IMG/VR virus record: IMGVR_UViG_3300030451_005863
Location: 1 to 39,058 of that record
Direction: 5' to 3' (one strand)
Length of the DNA: 39,058 nt
DNA from: a virus
Taxonomy: Duplodnaviria > Caudoviricetes
Shown: one piece after another, positions 34,213 through 39,058 of the stretch
How positions within the stretch are numbered: position 1 is the stretch's first letter
Layout of the letters: each line of letters begins with the position of its first letter
The notes under the pieces: generated by a model
Told to the model about the DNA's origin: nothing
Databases searched by the model: none
The model's input: the letters and a program-made list of their open reading frames with translations, nothing else
Position numbers and translations under genes: made by a program

Positions 34213-34761
34213 CTAAGTTTTTATAATATAATTTACAGCAACATAAGGTTGTAAAACAGACATACTACTACCTGAAAAAGATCCACCGTGGTTGTGTGCT
34301 CCACCACCACCTGTGTTTGCGGTAAAATATCTTTTTGCTCCAGAGCTATTTCCTGTATTTCTTGTACCAGCTGATTGAGATGCAGTAGAACCAAATTCTG
34401 AGTGACTTCCCTCTAAGTGATTGTGAGATGGTATTTGTGATATTGTAAGAGTATGATTAGCAACACTAACACTTCCAGACGGTGTTTGTGTAGCTGAGCC
34501 ACCAGTTGAACCAATTGCTTTTGAACTTGATTTCCCTAAAGCTACATTATCTCTTAAATCAGGTAAATTAAATGTGTTAGATCCATCTCCAGCTCCATAA
34601 GTGGTTTGTATCTCGTTAAATAAAGCCGAGTAAGTAGTTCTAGAAACTGCACTTCCATCACAATTTAAAAAACCATCGGGTGCAGTGTCTTTTCCATGAG
34701 GAACAATTGTTCCTACTCTAACACCTGATGCTGAATATTTTGTATCTGAATATCCTGGCAT
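34213..34761 (-). CDS. Phage tail collar domain protein
   Basis: GTIVP....P.GFL.CDG.AVSRTTYSALF..I.TTYG.GDGS.TFNLPDLR and terminal QPY.AVNYIIK. Confidence 0.92.
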   Translation of the reverse strand: MPGYSDTKYSASGVRVGTIVPHGKDTAPDGFLNCDGSAVSRTTYSALFNEIQTTYGAGDGSNTFNLPDLRDNVALGKSSSKAIGSTGGSATQTPSGSVSVANHTLTISQIPSHNHLEGSHSEFGSTASQSAGTRNTGNSSGAKRYFTANTGGGGAHNHGGSFSGSSMSVLQPYVAVNYIIKT

Positions 34762-35459
34762 TATTTATCCTTATAAGTCCAACCGACAGTCGCATCAGCA
34801 TATACTAATGTAAAAGCTGCTCCCTGTACTGCTACTGTAAGGTCAGTTGTTGTATTTAATAATTTACTTGAATTTCTAGCAACAGTTAAATTATTAGAGT
34901 TAAAATTATATTTAGAATCTAAAAAAGTTACTTCATCGCCGATTGTTGGTGAAGCAGGTAACGTTACTGTAACAGCTGAAGATGTAGTGTCTATAAATAA
35001 TTGAGCTCCCGCTTGAACTGTTTCAGATGCATTTATAGTTCTCCAAACTTTTTCTTCATGATCTTTAACAATATCAGTTCCATTTGCATGACAAATATAT
35101 TTATGGCCTTCACATAATTTAAAACCTGTTTGACTTGTTACTTTGAATGTAAGAGAATTTCCTGCGTGGTCAGTACCATCAATGACAGAGAAATATTTAT
35201 CTATTCCTGATGGAAAATTTACAACTCTATCGGCTGCAAGAGTGCCTGTAAATTTAAGGACCATGTTTCTAGCATTTGAAAGAGTACCATTAGACATACT
35301 TAATGTGACATCACTTGATGCTACATTTAAATCATCAACACCTGATATTGATTGTTGAACTAAATTAAGATTTGTATTTGTTTTTGTTCCCCACGTACCA
35401 GCGTTTTCACCCGTGGCCATGAGCTCAAGTTTTAAATCTGTAGAAAATGTTGATGGCAT
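34761..35459 (-). CDS. Tail fibre / adaptor protein with T4 gp9/gp10-like C-terminal domain
   Basis: GENAGTWG..TN.NL N-terminus; DT....VTVTLPASP.IGDEV...D...F..NNLTV.RN. Confidence 0.7.
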   Translation of the reverse strand: MPSTFSTDLKLELMATGENAGTWGTKTNTNLNLVQQSISGVDDLNVASSDVTLSMSNGTLSNARNMVLKFTGTLAADRVVNFPSGIDKYFSVIDGTDHAGNSLTFKVTSQTGFKLCEGHKYICHANGTDIVKDHEEKVWRTINASETVQAGAQLFIDTTSSAVTVTLPASPTIGDEVTFLDSKYNFNSNNLTVARNSSKLLNTTTDLTVAVQGAAFTLVYADATVGWTYKDK

Positions 35460-35476
35460 AATTTATTATAACCTCT

Positions 35477-36199
35477 CTAAGCGGCTATATCAACCTCAGT
35501 CCATGTGTTTGAAACTTGTTGATCAATTTCTGTCCAATTATTGCTTACTCCTTGATTTACATTAGTCCAATTATTTGAAATTGTTGGGTCTTCTTTTGGA
35601 TCAATTGTTGCCCAAGCAGTAACAATAGGGCTGTTTAAAGACGAAGTTATGTTTAAACCTGTTAAATTTACAGGTGTATTTAAGTTTACGGTAATGGATC
35701 CTTGATTCGTTGTTAAAGATTGACCTGATACATTTACAGAGACACTTACTGTACCAATTGCATTTCCTTGTGAAATATTTAAACTGTTACCAGAAACAGT
35801 TACATTTGCATTTCCTATTATACTTGTTGAGCCTAACGAACCTGTTAAAGATAAACCTGTTGGTGTAACATTTGCATTAGCCGTTGTAGTAACTGAGTTT
35901 ATTGAACTTCCAATAGTGTTTCCTGTAAGGCTTACATTTGAATTTGCTACAATTGTTTGTTGACCAAGATTAGAACTTATTTGTAAGCCAGTTAAATTAA
36001 CTGGAGTGTTAACTTGAGCAGAAGTAGACCCAATGTTTGATGAAATTTGTATACCTGTGAGATTTACATTTGCGTTCGCTGTAATAGGAGAATTTCCTAA
36101 AGCACTATTTATTTGAACACCTGATACTGTTACAACGGCATTACTTGAACCTGTAGCAGCAAAAGGAGCTTCTGCAAATGTAGTTATTCCAAAAGCCAT
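35477..36199 (-). CDS. Ser/Thr/Asn-rich repetitive virion protein
   Basis: About 19 aa repeats of type ANVNLTG.QISS.LG; N-terminal FG...FAEAPFA; C-terminal NNWT repeats. Confidence 0.75.
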   Translation of the reverse strand: MAFGITTFAEAPFAATGSSNAVVTVSGVQINSALGNSPITANANVNLTGIQISSNIGSTSAQVNTPVNLTGLQISSNLGQQTIVANSNVSLTGNTIGSSINSVTTTANANVTPTGLSLTGSLGSTSIIGNANVTVSGNSLNISQGNAIGTVSVSVNVSGQSLTTNQGSITVNLNTPVNLTGLNITSSLNSPIVTAWATIDPKEDPTISNNWTNVNQGVSNNWTEIDQQVSNTWTEVDIAA

Positions 36200-36201
36200 G
36201 G

Positions 36202-36375
36202 TTACGCTCCTGGATCGATAATGTTATTGCCTTCTATCTTGGCCCATTCTTGTATTTCTTGATAATGTCTATTTGTTTCGTCTAATGGTACATTTGATAT
36301 TTTACCATTTGAAAATGTAACTCTGTAATTTTCAAACTTTCCATCAACATAATTTTTTTCTACTGTTTCAATCAT
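36202..36375 (-). CDS. 57 aa tail fibre chaperone-like protein
   Basis: MIETVEKNY...VPLDETNRHYQEIQEWAKIEGNNIIDPGA, directly after a fibre gene. Confidence 0.7.
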   Translation of the reverse strand: MIETVEKNYVDGKFENYRVTFSNGKISNVPLDETNRHYQEIQEWAKIEGNNIIDPGA

Positions 36376-36377
36376 AA

Positions 36378-37493
36378 TTACATCTCCGCATCTGCTGTAT
36401 ATTGAAAAGCTAAACCTTGACCACTACTACCATTAAAACCTGTTATATAACCCATTCCACTTTGACTAACTTGTGCAGTATTAGCAGTATCATTTGAACC
36501 ATGACTACCAGCAGTAGTTGTTGTATTTGAAACATTTCCAGATAATCCTGTTAAAGAATATAATGTAACTGTTGGCTCAGATCTCATTCTATCTGGAAAT
36601 CTAACATGAACAGGTTGATTACCAAATGCACCTATTCTACCAGAAAAAATTCCATTTTCATCACCAGTTGCAAACGTACCAAACTTACTAACCGCTTGTG
36701 ATGTTGTAAAATATCTTTGACATCTTCTTAAATTTACATCAAAAGGCAAAAACTCAAAGTCGCTGGCTTGCGAGCCTGCCTCTAACTGGACTCCAGTTAT
36801 ATACCATTCATTACTTGTACTATCAGCAAGATTAACTTGGCCTACTGCATCATTGGTAGTTGTTCTTGAACCCCAAGATGTTTGTAAAGTTCCTGATTGA
36901 AAATTAGCACCAGCTGCTAACCAGTAAATTAATTCAAAACTTCTAGCAGCATCATTATCTAATGCACCGCTTGTATCTCCAGGATAAGTTATAGTTTTCT
37001 TTTCCCAAGTGTCAGCAGATGAAATAGTGTATGATTTAGATATTGCTCTACTATTATCTCTATCAATTATCTCAAAAATATATGTGCCTGTCTTATTTGA
37101 TTTAACCCAAAAAGATAAAGTCACACTTTCAGCGCTTGACGTTCCTTTTTTTAAATATTGTAAATTTTGTCCTTCAGCACTTGTATTGATATAAATAAAA
37201 TCATCTCCAGCTAAACTTGTTTGTGCAGTTGTGCAATCCATTTTCAATGATTTAGAAAAACCTTGACCAGTTGGTACATCAGTTGATTGTGTTTGTGTAA
37301 ATTCACAAGTTGGTGCATTGTTCTCTACAAACTTGAATCTATCAACAGTATGATAATCACTATCTCCATTACCTAAACCAGTTGCCGAAGTTCCACGTTG
37401 CGCTATGTCCATCCCGCCATTAATTATTATATTTCTAAAATTAACGCCTCTGATATCTGCGATTGCTGGTTTACCTATTCTAGTTATTGCCAT
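36378..37493 (-). CDS. Tail fibre / putative carbohydrate-binding receptor protein
   Basis: RNIIING.M.IAQRGT, DRF, TLSFWVKS, ITGVQLEAGS.ASDFE...LRRCQRYF, MR..PTV. Confidence 0.8.
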   Translation of the reverse strand: MAITRIGKPAIADIRGVNFRNIIINGGMDIAQRGTSATGLGNGDSDYHTVDRFKFVENNAPTCEFTQTQSTDVPTGQGFSKSLKMDCTTAQTSLAGDDFIYINTSAEGQNLQYLKKGTSSAESVTLSFWVKSNKTGTYIFEIIDRDNSRAISKSYTISSADTWEKKTITYPGDTSGALDNDAARSFELIYWLAAGANFQSGTLQTSWGSRTTTNDAVGQVNLADSTSNEWYITGVQLEAGSQASDFEFLPFDVNLRRCQRYFTTSQAVSKFGTFATGDENGIFSGRIGAFGNQPVHVRFPDRMRSEPTVTLYSLTGLSGNVSNTTTTAGSHGSNDTANTAQVSQSGMGYITGFNGSSGQGLAFQYTADAEM

Positions 37494-37494
37494 A

Positions 37495-37752
37495 TTATCC
37501 TATCAACGCCTTGATCTCTGCATCTGTAAGTCCAAGATCTTTTAATTTTTGTTTACCTGTTGATGCATCTGTTTCTTTTTGTGTTTCTGCATCTGCCTTT
37601 TCTTGTTCAACAACTGGTATCATTGCTTTAATATCTTCTCTAGATATTTCTTCTGTATCAGTCCAGGTTATTTCGCAAGTATCTATATCTGAACCTTTAA
37701 TAGCTACTTTAGCATTTGGATTTATTTTTAATATTGCATTTAATATTATCAT
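37495..37752 (-). CDS. Small tail fibre-associated protein
   Basis: AILKINPNA...ITW...KLKDLGLTDAEIKAL pattern. Confidence 0.7.
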   Translation of the reverse strand: MIILNAILKINPNAKVAIKGSDIDTCEITWTDTEEISREDIKAMIPVVEQEKADAETQKETDASTGKQKLKDLGLTDAEIKALIG

Positions 37753-38297
37753 ACTAATATCTCCATAAGTGTCATAACTGATTCTCCATTGTTATTTGCA
37801 GCGCCATCGTTAATCATAATATAAGAAGAACCTGAAGTAGAATAATTTCTACATTGTGTCTTGTATGATTGTTGCGAAGTACTGTTTGGGCTATCAAGAA
37901 ATTGCATTGGAAAATATGTATAAATACTACCACTCCCAGTGCTGTGTCCCATACCAAATGGTCCAGTGCTATTTGTAGGTTGAGGATCAAAAATATCTGT
38001 TGATCCTCTTAATAATTTAATACCACCATAAAAAGCTGAAGCAGAAGCACTAAGTAAAACTTGATGAGTTACAGTTATTAAAATTTTAGATGAGGTTGAA
38101 CTTGGTGTTATATTTGCTGTCAAACCAGTATCCGTATATGTTTGATTATTGACTGTTACCTCTGTATCATCAGTTACCGATACCACTTGTGCTACCTTTC
38201 CAAAAGCTGAAGAAGTAATTACGCCACTACCGTTCGATGTAACTAAGTTATTTCCACCACCGTCTTGAATCGTGTTGACTTTTAAAATACTACTCAT
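37749..38297 (-). CDS. Short tail fibre-like module
   Basis: SILKVNTI, GKV.QVV, ITPSSTSSKILI, LDSP.ST....YK and terminal TLMEI. Confidence 0.75.
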   Translation of the reverse strand: MSSILKVNTIQDGGGNNLVTSNGSGVITSSAFGKVAQVVSVTDDTEVTVNNQTYTDTGLTANITPSSTSSKILITVTHQVLLSASASAFYGGIKLLRGSTDIFDPQPTNSTGPFGMGHSTGSGSIYTYFPMQFLDSPNSTSQQSYKTQCRNYSTSGSSYIMINDGAANNNGESVMTLMEILV

Positions 38298-38298
38298 A

Positions 38299-38820
38299 CT
38301 ATGCTCCTAACCTGTATGCACCGAAGTATGTTGCCTGAAAACTTGTGCTACCTTCAGCAACTTCAGTACTACCTGAATTATGTTTTCCAATAAGTGTTAA
38401 ATAATCAGATGAACCATTTAAATCTATTACAAATGAAGTGGACATAGATTGATCACCATCTTTAGATTTTCTTCTAACTAAATTTGTAAGACTAGATCTT
38501 GTGTTATTTTTTCTAAATTCCATTTCAATTGCTGTACCATCTGCTACTCCTGAAAAATGTATATTGGAATATACAAAATACTTACCACTAATTTGTGGAG
38601 TAAACCTACCATTGCTTGTATCATAAGCATTATTAGTATCAAAAACCTCGGTATCACAAATTATAGTCGTTACAGTATCGTTTGATAAATTTTGATTAGA
38701 ACTTAAATAAGCATGAAAAGCTGGAACATTAGATTGCAACGTAACACCTGATCCAATAGTAATGTTACCAGATCCAGAGCTAGTTGTTATTTCACCGACT
38801 TTTAAAATTCCGTTTGCCAT
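38299..38820 (-). CDS. C1q/TNF-like fold tail fibre module
   Basis: PAF.A, DTEVFDT..AYD...GRFTP...GKY, LNGSSDYL, FGAYRL. Confidence 0.75.
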   Translation of the reverse strand: MANGILKVGEITTSSGSGNITIGSGVTLQSNVPAFHAYLSSNQNLSNDTVTTIICDTEVFDTNNAYDTSNGRFTPQISGKYFVYSNIHFSGVADGTAIEMEFRKNNTRSSLTNLVRRKSKDGDQSMSTSFVIDLNGSSDYLTLIGKHNSGSTEVAEGSTSFQATYFGAYRLGA

Positions 38821-39058
38821 TATGCTACTATTCTATACGCTCCCCAAATTGATCTAGTTCCTTTTATGTTTCCTGCATTACCGCTAGCCTGATATGCATT
38901 TACAGTTAAATAATCACTTGAACCATTCATCTCTACAATACCGTGATATGTTAAATGAATACCTTCAACACTATCATCTGAACTAGATAAGTTTTCCCAT
39001 ATATTTAAAATTCTTGCACTAGAAATATTAGATCCATTTTTTAAAACTTCTGATGATG
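38820..39058 (-). CDS. Partial C1q-like tail fibre module (C-terminal end; paralogue of 38299-38820)
   Basis: Translates ...IVEMNGSSDYLTVNAYQ...SIWGAYRIVA-stop; truncated by the right edge. Confidence 0.7.
   Translation of the reverse strand, partial: SSEVLKNGSNISSARILNIWENLSSSDDSVEGIHLTYHGIVEMNGSSDYLTVNAYQASGNAGNIKGTRSIWGAYRIVA

Overview
This is an AT-rich, 39 kb fragment of a tailed dsDNA phage genome, most likely a podovirus-like marine phage. Gene content and promoter style suggest an alphaproteobacterial, possibly SAR11-like, host; that is inferred, not shown. Almost all genes are on the minus strand. From left to right the window holds: a truncated large virion-associated gene; the terminase large subunit; a Mom-like GNAT gene; a GC-richer 3 kb island of three promoter-operator-ORF-hairpin cassettes separated by oriented AACGAG / CCAG motif arrays; a resolvase-like nuclease and the terminase small subunit; a 600 bp non-coding region (TTCCTAG repeats, an Irr/ICE-like box, two candidate plus-strand small RNAs); a regulatory operon with a ribbon-helix-helix protein and an RNA polymerase alpha-CTD-like protein; a replication module (ParB-like, PolA, DUF3310, PAPS-reductase-like, UvrD, AEP primase, SSB-like, SNF2 helicase, exonuclease); and a virion module (ejection proteins, two glycosyltransferases, tail nozzle, tail fibre modules). 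I saw no portal, major capsid, integrase, tRNA, rRNA or CRISPR. The most promising signal is a putative regulatory circuit for the island. It combines a palindromic TCYYAT-N4-RTARGA operator at four promoters, a candidate RHH repressor, shared 5' leaders and an opposite-strand small RNA complementary to those leaders. Family calls come from motif recognition by eye and counts are manual.
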